From Eledone cirrhosa (lineage: Eukaryota): a DNA stretch of 64,000 nt. A program made the translations under genes and the position numbers. Positions within the stretch are counted from its first letter, which is position 1; each line of letters begins with the position of its first letter. Shown here piece by piece: positions 13,661 to 27,829 of the stretch. The stretch lies in NCBI GenBank assembly GCA_964016885.1, contig OZ024740.1:376402001-376466000 (forward strand). Reading direction: 5' to 3'. The notes under the pieces were generated by a model that did no database searches, was not told the origin of the DNA, and worked only from the letters and a program-made list of their open reading frames with translations.

Positions 13661-13709
13661 GCTTCTGCAGGACTAGAACTGTTTCATTCGGGAGAAATCA
13701 TCAGGAAGC
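13661..13709 (-). ncRNA. Type I hammerhead ribozyme (cleavage triplet mutated GUA>GCA) in PLE remnant 13575-13740
   Basis: GCTTC-CTGATGA-tTTCtcccGAAt-GAAA-CAG-ttctagtc-CTG-CA-GAAGC; the 3121-3162 copy has GTA. Confidence 0.7.
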
Positions 13710-16062
13710 CGACTGTCCAAGTAATATGTAGAAGCCTTTCTATATATATATATATACAATTTTATGAAACATATTCCTTATGCATTCAAGTCATTTAGTT
13801 GATGTTTATTTGAATTAATTATGCATTTCCACGAGTGCGCGAATACACACACTCACACATACGCTCACAAACACACACACACATGTACATATAGGTATAC
13901 ATAAGTATACATACATACATAATATGTTCTTGAGGATCTACACATTTAAATACTTTAGGAGCATACTTTATTCTATCAGCATTGTATTATATATCTTATC
14001 ATTACATGCTTTGCGAAACCTTATAAATTCGTTTTAGATTGACTAATAGCTTTTTAAATAATAAAATATGGCATTTCAGAAACATTAATAAATATTTTAT
14101 TACATATATACGATTGTTGCCGACAGAAGCTTTTTAAATGTAATTTTAAAACATCCTTTGCATAATATATAAATGTCAGTTACAGTATAGAAATGTTTTA
14201 GATATCAATTTTAAATAACATATAGACAATGATATACTAAAATATATTGTAACTTTATTTGCAAACATTTTAATCACCGAAGTAAATGTCTCACATTATT
14301 CTGCGTTGCTTTTTCTCATCTCCCAGTTCACATTCAAACAGGAGTTCACTTAAACTGTCTTAACCATGTTTAATTAACAACACCTGCTGTTATATATATA
14401 TATGTTGAATAATCCCTATGTAAACAACAAATCATTTCGTGAGACAATAACATCGGAGGTATCAATTTACTTATATCATCAAAGGGCCCTCAATAACATC
14501 GGAAGTGTCAATTTACCTATAGCATCAAACGGCCTTATATTTCGTTATAAAATCAAAATGATTACATTTGTCAAAATATTCTTAGATATACAAGGCGAAA
14601 TGGTATGGCTGTAACATTTTCATTTATGTCTCTTTCACCAGAAATATGGCTAAATTACAATCTTTTTGTCAAAAGAACCTTAGGAAATAATATATGTAAA
14701 AAAAACATGATCTCTGCTTTGAATCATCAACTAACATATCCTCCCTAATTATCTCATTATAACAAACAGATTATTATAGTAATTATATCTTTAAAATAAA
14801 TGCGAAAACATATTCCTTAGCTAAGAGTGAATGAAACAGAAATGATAAGAGAGTGGAGAGGGGGATGGGGGAAAGAACGATAGGGAGAGAGAGAGGATTG
14901 GAGAGAGGGAGAGAGAGTAAGAGAGTGTTATTTCTAGTAGCGAAAGCTATCGCTTGCCTGTTTAATACTGCTTTATCACTATCTTGTTTGGTGTCACATT
15001 TAGTATGTGAAAGCAGTTTATGTTATTAATCAGAAGACAAAACAATTGTTTGTTGTAAAATGTACCTGCCATCATAAATTCACGTAAGAGCATTTAAGTT
15101 ATGTTCCAATAAGAAGATTAATAATGAAAACTTTACCTACGTTATTAATCACATATTTTCTCCTCATAAGGTGACAACAATGTATGTTAGCTGGTCTATA
15201 TTGCGGAGGTGTTTCAACGTGAATGTACGTTGTACTGAAAATAACAGCCAAGAACCACTTAAATCTTACCTTCACATCTCAAATACAGTATGTAGTAACT
15301 GATATAAACAAAATTGGTGATAAACAAAACTGATATAATCAAAATTGGTGATAAACAAAACAGCCATATTTACACTGGGGAATTATTTTGTTTGATCGCC
15401 ATATCAGCTGGTTATTTTAACTGAATTTGGACAATGCTGTACTACATTTACAAAAGAAACGAGACGTTAATGTGGTGACATCAATTGGGATATTTTGAAA
15501 GTACAGGTGAGCATGCATATAATGACACAAGTAACCAGAAAATACAGGTAACTTTAAATAGCTATATGACGCGAATTGAACTACAGATCTGAAGCAAGTG
15601 GATAATATTATATCATCTAAATGGCAAGCAAGGTTCTTCGATGGTAAAATGCTTATATACTTGTTACTCTTATCACAGGCAATTTTATAATGATTTCTTT
15701 AATATTTTTTTTCTTTCTAGAGACATAAAATACCTTTCTGGTACCAATGTTACTAAAGCATCCATTTATGCTAACAGTCAATTTTTTCCCTGGTAATGAA
15801 ATTACACTCTAGAATCCTGAATTTACACTTTCAAATATATACAAACATTAATGACTCTTGATTGCATATACATTAGAAAAGTGAAAAAATAATCGCCCCT
15901 TAAAGTGCTTATATATATATATATATCTGCCTATTTATTTATCTGCCTATATATCTATACATAGGCATATATACGTGTGTGGGTATATGTGTGTATGTAT
16001 GTGTCTGTGTGTGTGAGTGCCTGTGTACGTGTATATATATTTTTCTCTATATGCATCTATAT

Positions 16063-16156
<94 letters not shown>

Positions 16157-16790
16157 TTTATCGCTCTACATGGTTGAATACAGCAAATGTAATCTGAGCT
16201 TTTCGAATATTAATAATAATATTCGATTCGTTTGCAATTATGCAAACAGCCTCGTTAAAAGCAAGGATGATGGGGTCATTCTACTGACATGCCATTTAGA
16301 GGCTGTTTGCATAATGCAAACGAATTGAATCTTATTATTTATAGTAGAAAACTCAGATTACATTTATTGTATTCAGCCATGTAGAGCGATAACACTATTT
16401 ATGTGTTATTTGATTAAGGAAAAGCCGGCCATTAATCGCTCGTATACATGAAACTGACTGACTATCCGCTGATATGTTATCTGGCTGATCAGTGAGTCTG
16501 CTAATATGTATATCTGACAGATCAGGCAGTCTGCTAATATGCAAATCAGGCCGTTGAGTCACTGTATATTTTTAAAATAGCATATATTTTTACTTGCTCT
16601 GACAGTTGACAGCTAAGCAGTATACGATACTGATCATGGGTATTCACCCAGAACGATTAGTGTCTACCGTTCTATTGATATGCCAAACAAGGGCAAGAAC
16701 GGGGAGTTTATTCTACTGACATGGCTTTAAAAGGCTGTTCGCATAATTGCAATCGAATCGAATATTATTAATATTCGAAAAACTCAGTAC
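16157..16790. repeat. Inverted plus partial direct repeat element (PLE-like architecture)
   Basis: 16157-16252 inverted at 16298-16392; about 16278-16360 directly repeated at about 16710-16790; bounded by microsatellites. Confidence 0.65.
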
Positions 16791-16882
<92 letters not shown>

Positions 16883-16887
<5 letters not shown>

Positions 16888-17086
16888 AACGAGTAGGACC
16901 CCGACGGCTGAGCTCAAGCCGTTTCGACGGCTAATTCTGGACTAAAAAAAGTACAGAATTAGCCGTCGAAACGGCTTGAGCTCAGCCGTCGGGGTCCTAC
17001 TCGTTCCTATTACACACTCTACTACCCTAAGTATTGAGTACTTTGCTGCGTTATGGTCCACCTGGTTCCTTACCACATTTCCTCCG

Positions 17087-17090
<4 letters not shown>
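16883..17090 (+). mobile_element. Fold-back PLE pseudo-LTR remnant with the 3' half of a hammerhead
   Basis: Near-perfect 60-bp arms (16883-16943/16950-17010); GAAA-CGGC..GCCG-TC motif; second copy at 45503-45682; embedded in (TA)n. Confidence 0.7.
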
Positions 17091-17138
<48 letters not shown>

Positions 17139-17203
17139 AAAAATATATATGTATATACATATATATATGTGTATATATATATATATAATAAAAAATATAT
17201 ATG

Positions 17204-17244
<41 letters not shown>

Positions 17245-17336
17245 ATATATATATATATACATATATATATGTGTATATATATATATATAATAAAAAATAT
17301 ATATGTATATACATATATATATATATATATATATAA

Positions 17337-17412
<76 letters not shown>

Positions 17413-18173
17413 CACACACATATACCGATATATATATATGTATGTGTGTGTGTAATGTAGATAACATTTTGAAACTATACGAATACTCTACTTTTATGCA
17501 GCATGTATCTTGAATATTCACTTTGATCATGAAAAAAGTGAGAGAGGCATATTCATGCAACTAGCTGATTCTTTATGAAACGATTTTAATGATGAATGGA
17601 ATATGCAATATGCCAATTTGCATATAATTTACATATGTTTAATGTCATATAAGTACATGTTATAGTTAATGACGGAAAAACGAATGGAATTAATAAATAA
17701 ATGACGATCACAAAATGATTCTTTTAATTTCACGAAGATTAATTCAGCAACATGTTACTTAAAACCATGTAAGCCAAATGGGAATTCTTATTAATAGGTA
17801 AGTCGTCTATCCTAAGCACTTTTATAAATACTATCCTATTATTCATTATATATGGTTATCTTAAAACGTGCTATAACTTCACAAGTGGAAATATCTGAAA
17901 ATGAATATACATACCGTCAATCGTTAAAACCGTGTTTCCTCATTCTATGAAAATTATAATTCCTTGCGTAGAAATGTTCTAAGAGTAGAACATCTGAATC
18001 TAATTGATTCACTTTGAGCGTCACTCAAAATCATTGCAAGCGTAAAGGGATTTTGTTTTTTTATCTAAAATGGAATGAGTTATTATTTCATATAACAAAG
18101 AAATTGACTGACGCATTAGTGAAGGTAAAGAAGTAAATTGGATTTGCCGAGAGATCAAATATACCTACATCCC

Positions 18174-18204
<31 letters not shown>

Positions 18205-18223
18205 CACACACACAGACACACAT

Positions 18224-18259
<36 letters not shown>

Positions 18260-18279
18260 GTGTGTGCGTGTATATATAA

Positions 18280-18371
<92 letters not shown>

Positions 18372-18391
18372 ATATATAAATATATATATAC

Positions 18392-18429
<38 letters not shown>

Positions 18430-20269
18430 TTGTGTGTATATATATATATGCTCATTACTACTACTTCTTGTCAGAAGAGAGGCATCCCTTCATTATACAT
18501 TGTACGATCATGTGCACGCAAATGACTTTTCAGACACGCTATCGATTTGCAGGTACATTCACAGATGTGAGACTTGAATTGTCTGTCTCTGGCAATGACT
18601 GCTGGGGTATGTCTTTATGATTTTATCATGTCTGCTCAGTCCACATGCTGACTTGCAAATTAATCCACACACACTGCAAATGTACTGTGGAGTGTGTGTC
18701 GGTAGATTCATCTCACAGGTGGCTCGATTTCTCCCAGCCTTGTGTGTTCATATTATTGACAAATCCAGCTCTTGTTAGAAGAAATCGACCACACTCATTA
18801 CACCTCAATTCCATCAGGATATTTGCAGGCACTGCACTTGAGTCCTTCTTAGATAGTCAACGTTTCAAAACAGCATGCTCCAATCACTTTTTCTCAAAGA
18901 CATCACATCCATATTTGATCATCTCTCTCCATGATGTACGGCATTCAGCCAGACTCTCCCAGTTCTCTGTATCAATCTCAGAGCTTTAAGATTGTCTTTT
19001 ATGACATCCTTAAAATGCTTCTTTGGTTTATGCTGTGGTATTTTAACTCTGGTCAGCTCCCCATAAAGTAACTGCTTAGGCAGCCTTCCATCTTCCTTCC
19101 ATCCTGACCACATGACCAGAATATCGCATCCTGTTCATGATACCCCCACCCCCACCCATTCCTTACTGATGCTACCCATTTTTTCAAATACTGTCTCATC
19201 ATGTGTCCATTTGATGTTCAGGATGCGTCGGATGCAATGCTAATGAAATCTTTCCAACATCCTGATATGATGCCTGGAAGTTCACGTTTCGAATACAGAT
19301 AGCAGACTGTAATAAAACATTCCTCATACACATAGAGCTTTGTGTTTCTCGTGATATTCCGATCTAACCAGACTCGCTATCTAAGTCTTCCGAACGCAAA
19401 ATTCGCTTTCGCAATCCTGTGATCTATTTCAGCAACGAGGGTACTATATCTACGAAGTGACTTCCGAGATACAGAAAGCTGTCCACCAGCTCATGTCTCT
19501 TTTCTCTAACAGAAATGTCTGGCTCCACATATTCTTGCCCAACTGGTGGAATACACATGGCATCTGGCGTTTCTGTACTAATATTGACTCCAAGCGCAGT
19601 GTATGTATTGGTGGTGTCCAATATCAACTGCATGTTCTCTACTGAGTGAGACATAAAATCTATATCATCAGCATACAGGAATTCCCTGACAAGAGTGCCA
19701 AATGTTTTAGACATGCAGTTAAACTGTCTTTGATATAAACACATTGCCAGAGGTTCATTCGCAGGTATACGCCGATTTCCTAGTCTTGGAAGGCATATGT
19801 CAGCAGCACGGAAACGTAGATGGAGAATACAGTAGGTGCAGGTATATACCCTTGTTTGACACCGTTTTCCACTGAAATTGTCTTTGAAAGTTTCCCATTG
19901 AAGTTGTCATTTATTTCCATATTTTGTTGGTGTTTTCTGAATAGTCCATCAAACTCAAGAGAGCATCCAAGTCTCCCCAATATGACCCAAAATGCACTAT
20001 GATTTATAGTATTGAAAGCTTTGGTAAGGTCCACAACTATTTGGTGCAATGGCACTTGCTGCTCAACACACTTCTCCATAGGCTTACGGGCTGAGAAAGT
20101 CATGTTCATAGTACGCTGCTCAGTCCTGAATCCACACTTCTTTTCGTATCTTCGAAGCATCTCGTTATATGGCAGTTTCTTATTTCTTAAACACATTCCA
20201 TTGCATTATTATTACATTCTGCATAGTTATTTCTTTACACATTCCATTGCATAGTTATTTCTTTACACA

Positions 20270-20418
20270 TTCCAGCATAGTTACGTACCTTTACGATCTG
20301 AGTTCAAATCCCGCCGAGGTTGACTTTTCCTTTCATCCTTACGGGGTCGATAATATAAAGTACCAGTAATGCACTGGGATAATTGATGGCCTTGTGCCAA
20401 AGTAGAAACAATTATTAT
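20270..20418 (+). mobile_element. 5'-truncated Nin SINE inserted in the Vingi 3' end
   Basis: B box and Nin domain; Vingi coding sequence (DLAECN...NAMECV) resumes on the other side, with a local short tandem duplication at 20190-20275. Confidence 0.85.
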
Positions 20419-23365
20419 TACATTCTGCGAGATCTTTTAAGCTGCATTGGTTGGGTAGTAGAGGGAAAACAAGGTTGTGTTGCATCGTATGGTCCTCCTC
20501 TCCGCATTCGCAGATGGTTGGGCCGGTCTTGTAGCCCCATCTGGCCATAGCAGATTTTGATCGGCCCATTCCTATTCTCAGGCAGTTTAGTGTCTTCCAC
20601 TGGACTCATGGTGCTTCTGAGCCAGGAGAGAGGGCTTCTGGAGGGGGGATTCCCATGTCAATAGGAGGGGAGTCATTCACTAGCTTTCCAGTCTATAGCT
20701 CTAGTCTGGTTTCTTCCTGAGATGTTGTTAGGGGCTGGACATGGTTGAGGAAGCTTCTCCTTGGCTTCAGTCGTTGGGCCGGAGGTTCACATCCGTGAAG
20801 TGGCGTTCATCATTGATAGCCTTTGGCAGCTTCCCGTCTCACATCTGCAGGGGCAATGCCACCCAGGAGATGCAGGTTGTTCGGGTTGGTAGGCTTCAGG
20901 CAACCAGTGATCAAACGGCAGGTGTTGTTCAACGCTGGGTCTAGTTTACTGGCATGGGTTGATCTCTCCCAAACAGGACACGAGTACTCCGCAGAGGAAT
21001 AACACAGGACCAAGGCAGTACATCTTAGTGTAGTGCTGTGGCTCCCCATTTGGAGTTGCTCAGTTTCCGTAGGATGTTTTTCCGGGAGCTAACTTTCAAT
21101 TTGGTGTTTTTGATGTGTTCCTTGAATGAGAGAGTGCGGTCCAGGGTTACGCCAAGGTGGACAGGATTAGTGCAGTTCTCAAGTGGTGTTCCTGACCATG
21201 TGATGTTAAGAGGTCGGTTGGCTTCCTGGTTCCTGAGATGGAACGAGCAGGCTTGAGTCATCGCAGGGTTTGCGTGCAGGTGGTTGCTCTCGTAGTAGAG
21301 GTGTAGCTCATCCAGGGCTGAGTTGAGGTTTGCTTCTACTGCTTCGAACGTACTCTCTTGGGATGTAACACAGAGGTCGTCAGTGTAGATGAACCGCTCA
21401 GTGTTCTGGTCCATTAGCTGGTCATTGGTGTAGATCTTATATAGTAGTGGAGCCATCACACTACCTTGAGGTAAGCCGTTCCTTTGTCGTCGCCAACGAC
21501 TTGCTTGTTGTGCAGGGTAACATAGAAGCGCCTTTCTTTGAAGAGGGCTCCAATGAGGTCTGTGAGTGCCAGGTATTTTGTCAGCTCCAACATCTTTTTC
21601 AGGAGGAGGCGATGGTTCACAGTGTCGTATGCGGCCGCCAGATCAACAAAGACGGCTCCTGTAGCCGTTCTTTCTGAAACCCATCTTCAATGTGCTGAAT
21701 GAGAATCAGGAGTTGACTTGTTGTGGATTTGCCAGGTCGGAATCCAGCTTGTTGGGGGATGATGGCTGGTTCAACAACTGGGGCCAACCTGCTTAATGTC
21801 AGGCGCTCAAACAGCTTAAACGGGTGGCATAGCAGGGAGATTGAACGGAAACTCTTTGCATGCGCTGGATCTTTACCCGGTTTGAGAAGAGCAATAATTC
21901 TGGTTTTTCTCCAGATCTTTGGGATGATTTTGTCAGCATGCAGTTGTTCATCAGCTCAAGGATCCATTTCCGGGTCAGAGGTCCAAAGTACTAGATCTCC
22001 TCTGTGAAAATATTATCTAGGCCGATGGTTTTACCAGTCTTAAGGGCATTAATGCTGATATTGAGCTCTTCAAGCGAGAACGGCTTAGTCAGTCCGGTGG
22101 TTTGGGAGCACTGAAGTCGGTCTGCCTTTGGTCTCGACTGTTTGCTAGTGGATTTCCCATTGAAAAACAGCTGATATGCAACTTGGTTGGCGGTGATGGT
22201 GTACTGCTGTTGTGTTGGAGTTGACGGGTTGTTGCTGATTTTTCGGATTAGACTCCATGCCTTTTTACTGTTTATCGTCATATCAGTTGTCTCCAACAGG
22301 TTTAGCCATTTCCGGTGGCGGCATTCTGATAAGGAGGTAATGAGTCCCTCACCTAATTCGATGCTACTTTCAGCAAAGGAGTCAGATTCATAGAGCTGTT
22401 GGTATTGCTCATATAGTTCGCTGCTTTGAGCATCGAGTCCAGGAATGTATTGAGTGCGGCAGCCTCTTCGGATGTTTTTCCGAGCTGCTTCATGCACAAA
22501 CTTGGTGAATTTATCGTAGTTTTGGGGGTCTAATGGGAGGTGGGCATCTTCCTTTCAAGATCTTCTTGGAAGCCAGGCCAGTTTGCTTTCCCAAAGTTGA
22601 ATTTTCTTCTGAATGGAACTGTGGCTGGGTGATTACAACATTGACTGTAATGCCAATGGGGTCGTGTTGGGTTTTTGGAAGGGGCTCCGGTAACAGCTTC
22701 TTGTTCAGTCTGGTGATGTTATGAATGGCAAACACGATATCAGGACTGTAACCTGCTTTCCATCGTCCGCTGTTGAAGGACCTTGGTTGTTTGGCATTGT
22801 GGATCAAATCAAGCTGGTTGCTTTCAGTCCATGCTTCCACTGCTTCTCCATCTGCATTATTAGCATATTCCCATTTTGTGCTCTGGCTGTTGAAGTCTCT
22901 GATCACAATCTTTGGTTTTCCAGATAATGGTATTTCTGGCATCACGAGAGGCGTCAGAGGTGGTTTGTAGACTGAGGTGCTAGTAATTCCTCTGAGCTCA
23001 GATGTTATAATCATCGTTCTTTGATGATGATTCGATGATTGTCCCATTTTTTGCTAGCATCATGCTTCCATATTTCTCATGTTGTCTTTCTATGAGGGTG
23101 GTCATTCCTTCCACACGAGGGCGGGGATGTTTAGGTCCACGGGGGGTTTCTTATAGGCAGCGAATGTCACACTGATGATCTCTGCAGAGTTGTGCATCAA
23201 GTTCTTCTTTAGTTGCAGATAGTCCTTTAATATTTAGAGATTTAATGGTCAATGCTGGCCTTAGAGGCAGGCGTTGGCCTCTCTTCATGCTCCGGACTGG
23301 TAGGCTACCGCCATTCGTTGAGCTTCTGGACATTGTTAGTTTTTCGGCTCGGCTTTGAAGTGTTT

Positions 23366-23437
23366 GGTAGAATTCGCGAGTAAACGTGGGTATTACTTGA
23401 CAGGGATCGCGACGTGAATGCTTCTACCCTGATCCCC
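23366..23437 (-). ncRNA. HDV-like self-cleaving ribozyme at the Vingi 5' end
   Basis: GGGGATC(P1)-ag-GGTAGAA(P2)-GC(P3)-attcACgtc-GC-GATCCCT(P1')-GT(P1.1')-CAAGTAA..TTACTCG(P4)-CGAA(J4/2, catalytic C)-TTCTACC(P2'); first G lies right at the TSD. Confidence 0.85.
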
Positions 23438-24959
23438 GAATCCACACTAGATGTCAGGTATGGCATCAGAGCAGATCCATTTTTTTAGACGATTAAGCAA
23501 GACCTTGGATAATAATTTTCCTACCGATTCGAGGAGATATGTACCACGATAATCACCGTATTATTACTTGGAGCCTCTGTCTTTGTAAATTGAGAGCAAC
23601 ATTGCATCTACCCAGTCTCGGAGGACAGGCCCATGACGCCATAAAGTTATGACTAGTGATTGGATGTCCATAGCAACATTGTCTCCTCCAAAGTGGATCA
23701 GCTTAACAGGTATTCCTTCCAAACCCGGAACTATGTTTATCTCTTTGATAGAACACAGTATCTCATCAATGTTTGAATCATTCATTATATTTTTTGTGGC
23801 TCTTTCCCCTTCATCTAGCGATGGGTTGTCAAACAGATTTTCAAAGTTTTCAGTCCACGAACAGATGATTCTACCGGATCTTTGAAGAGGGCACTCTTAT
23901 CTTTTGACTTCAATTGTGAGGGCTGTGAACCAAACGCGCGAGTTATTGTGCTGTATAATGCCTTCAATTCTGCAGTCCTAAGCCCTCTGCCGAAACACCA
24001 GACAAGTAGTTATTCTTAATCTGTCGTGTTTTACTTTGCAGTTTTGATTTTGCTTCTATGAAGGCTTTCAAAAGTGGTCCTCACTTGACCCCATGCAACA
24101 CGCACCTCTCATACAGCTTGTTCGTTTTTTCAATGATCATGGTGATTGAAGTATAATTATCATCAAACCAGTCTCTGTGTTTGGTATTCTTAAGACCAAA
24201 TACACCAAGTACACGTGGTTCTATCAAGGACAACGCTTTCCAGTGCAGTTTATAGAGCATCTCGCATTACTAAAATTTGCAGTTTGGACACATCTATACA
24301 TTTTGAAACTTGTAACCCTTCCGACATGCACCTTTATCTTGCCACGCACAAGTTTGTTGTTTGTACCACATTCTACACAACGCATTACTCTTACAGAGCA
24401 GATAACCTGGAGCTCTCTTTTCCTTGTCATAATATAATCCAAGGTCGGTCAATGTTTGGATCAAGGGTGTATGAAGCAAGATGTGGAAAAGAATGAATTG
24501 TGTTGATCTGAAGAGCAGTTGCTGATTAACAAAATTATTCAACAAGAAAACAGTTAAGGCGCCCACGAACGTCTTTGCAATGTAGCTGACCTACCGGAAA
24601 CCCTTTGAGTGTATCCCACATATATGGATGTCATAGCTTTAGCAGAAGTAGCTGCCATTCAACGTCCTATCATGATTTGGTATATGTAACACCAAACACT
24701 ATCAAAAAGACAGTTTACAGTTCGTCTGTACTGCTCCCGGTTTTCTCGTTAAATCTACTATCATACCTACTCGCCAAACACAGGTGTCATTTAAATGGAC
24801 GTATTTCCCATTTTTTTCATTTCTAATCACATGAAATTGTCTCGGACAAATAGCAGCAAGATCAGGATGAAATTGTGATTCACTTCTCAATTTTCTACAG
24901 ATATTCGAATAAATTTTGTGAGCCGAAATGAATGTTTTTGACAAGAATACCTTTAACGC

Positions 24960-26300
24960 TAAGTGATAACTATGAGTATCTTCGACAGGACTAGAATGCC
25001 AGGTATGATGGAGCTATAGATAGTGAGACAACTAAGAATGATTACCCCATGATTGTAAATAGAATATTTACTCATCAACATACAACAACCACAACCACAT
25101 TACAAATAATAATTTATAACGTCAACATTTGGCTTTTTAAACTTGCCATTTAAATAACGGAACAATTTGTGTGTAAGGACTCATAAGCTAATCAGTTTTA
25201 CTGGAACCTTTAATAAAAATGGTGACGCGGATAGGTTACGTTTCTATATGCAAGGAGAATGGCCGGGGCCTAAAATGTATATCAACAACAGTGGAGACCC
25301 GGAGAGTAACACTGAAGCAACATTTTCAAGAGAATAAAACCTTCAGCAACCATATACCATGTTATGAGCATGACAATTTTGTTAGGATATGCACTGGTCT
25401 AGAGGAGAGTGATGAAATACAAGCAGACAAATCTCTCTTCAGGGAACATTGTAATACTCTACATAATGCGCAAAGAAAATAATAAATGGATAAGTTCTCT
25501 GAGATTTAGCATGTGCAGGTGTTATACGTTAAACGCGGACCATGGCGGGAATACGCCTAGAGAAAGTTTGTCATGGAGTTCCGACAGATTCATAGCAGAC
25601 TACCTTGAAGGATATCTATCACCTGGCCAATCGTTGAATATGTAGTAGGTAAGATACAAGACAAGGAGGCTATATACGGATCATTCATGAGATTTGTTTA
25701 CGCAGTAACATTGATGCCCGTCCAGTTTCATACATATTATTATGTGGATTGGCGGTGGATTGGCAGTATCGGTAGAGAGTCGGACACCATGCTTTGAAGC
25801 ATAGAGTTACGACCCTTTATAATCTGAGTTCAAATCCCGCCGAGGTTAACTTTGCCTTTCATCCTTACGGGATAGATAAAATAAAGTACCAGTAATACAC
25901 TGGGTAATTGCTGGTCTTTTGCAAAAGTAGAAACATTTATTATGTGGATTGGCAGTATCGGAAAAGGGATTGACGCCATGCTTTGCAGCATAAAGTAACG
26001 GCTCTTTGTGGTCTGTGTTCAAATCCCGCTGAGGTTAACTTTGCCTTTAATTCTTACGGGGTCGATAAAATAAAGCACCAGTAATGCACTGGGATAATTG
26101 CTGGCCTTGTGCCAAAAGTAGAAACAATTATTATGATTCTTATTAGAGCTACTGGATATATACCAACCTGTCTGGACCAAAGTATCAGTGAACTTCGGTT
26201 TATGGAGAAAGAACGTAGCTCTTTAATTCACAATTTACAAATCATCACGATATTTGGACCCTTCAAAATCTATAAAACAACCTTACAATTCAAATGATAA
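24960..26300 (+). pseudogene. Highly decayed RLE-type (R4/Dong-like) LINE remnant
   Basis: ICKENGRGLK motif; C-terminal IRATGYIPTCL...LQIITIFGPFKIYKTTLQFK resembles R4-clade ends; split by two SINEs. Confidence 0.5.
25746..26132 (+). mobile_element. Two tandem Nin SINEs (about 25746-25942 and 25944-26132)
   Basis: Two consecutive complete A box/B box/Nin domain/ATT-tail units. Confidence 0.9.
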
Positions 26301-27354
26301 ACGATTGCTCAACGGTCGAAGATACTATCCGGTAAAAATAAACTCCAAGTTAAGAATACGAGACAAAACATACGCATATACATAGATAACACTTTCTATA
26401 GTTAGCATATATTACCATATAATATATCTTATAGTTATTTAGAAATACCATTAAATAAACTTCACATCGACTGATTATATATACCATCAATGTTCGATAT
26501 ATCATATTTAAACGAGATGCCTCTGATAATGTCCTTAAAATAAAACTGGAAGAGCTTTCATCATACGTCTGCTCGGTTATAATCAAACTCGGAATAATCA
26601 ATACCAGCCCACTAACTTTATTATGTCGGAAGCCATTGAGAGTTCTCCAATGTAAGACGTGCTTTTGAAAGGTTCTGTTGGAATTATTCGAATTTTACTT
26701 CATCTAAAAGGAAATATTTAGAAACAATCAATAAGCTGTATTTGACCCTTCCGCTAAATTGTCATTTGTTCAGAAACACACGATATCAAGTATTATTGTT
26801 TATGTATTATAGATACATTATTCAATTATTGTTTTATATCGCCTTTTACAACAGAACATTTTATTGAGTTTCAGCGAATTCTGTTTTGTTGTCCGCTTGT
26901 ATTTATCTTGCCTATAGACATGGCGTACTGCTTTTGAGGAATTACAAATGCCACGCCACAATTAAAACAAACATTGAAATATTTTGATCGTGTATGTGAG
27001 ACAATTCGTATAATGCATAAATGTAGGGGCGATTAAGCTATTTATAGGCTTCCGACTAGTGATCTAAATCCATATCGTCTAAATTTTAAACGATATTAGG
27101 ATAAAATGCTTGATTTATGTAGTTTAAGCTAGTTATAAATTCTGATATCGATATCAATAAATGTCGACACTTTTATTTCCTCGATAAATAGAAATCGATA
27201 TTTCTGAAAAAACTGCAGCTATTCTTTTCATTAGATATTTGTTTCATTTTGATGAATCGATTATGTCTGCAGTGTCAAAACACTTTAAGCATTCTATGAT
27301 ACTATTCACGAAGAAAACCATAAATTTAAGACAGCCAGGATACATTTTAAATAT

Positions 27355-27416
<62 letters not shown>

Positions 27417-27829
27417 CATGTTCAGTTTAATTGATTTCTAATCAGACAGCATCAAATTAAAGAAAAATGTAAAATAGTTTCTAAAATACGAATAACTTTA
27501 AATATTCTGATAGTACAATATTTATTAACATAGTGTGATGGATTTCATGGTGTTGTTTATAGCTTATTGAAAGACAGAAAAGCTGTTAAGAAAATAAACG
27601 ACCTACCTTGGTCTTTCATTTTCAACACCCACTGAAATATATCCATGCTAGAATCAAACATAGTCTACATTTACTTATATTGAATTCTTAGAATTTAGAA
27701 TAAAATTTACATGGAAATATAAAGTACTAACAAAATATTTACAGGTGGGAGATTTATCTATGAACGTGAAGTGATAATATAGATATTGAATGAATGAAAG
27801 AATGAATGAATGGCAAAATTTTCGCTTGC

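Larger units (their letters stand above)
20139..23437 (-). mobile_element. Full-length decayed Vingi (Ingi group) LINE, APE + RT
   Basis: APE (SVYKPP, RDFNS, SFNSGRWKAGYSPDIVF), RT (FIYTDD, HLGVTLDRTLSFKEH), KLSNSKWGA..ALVLCYSSAEYSCPVWERSTH, C-terminal CECGEEDHTMQH; TSD GAATCCACACT at 20128-20138 and 23438-23448. Confidence 0.88.
18485..24270 (-). pseudogene. Decayed RTE-clade LINE ORF (pieces at about 18485-20127 and 23449-24270), interrupted by a Vingi insertion
   Basis: CGFR..DLTKAFNTI..VENGVKQG..APTVFSIY; FLYADD; YLGS; RLPKQLLYGEL; upstream GLEGIPVKLIHFGG..WVDAMLLSIYK. Confidence 0.88.

Noticed and set aside
15298-15360. 31-bp tandem duplication
   Set aside because: Two copies only; ordinary local duplication with no evident function
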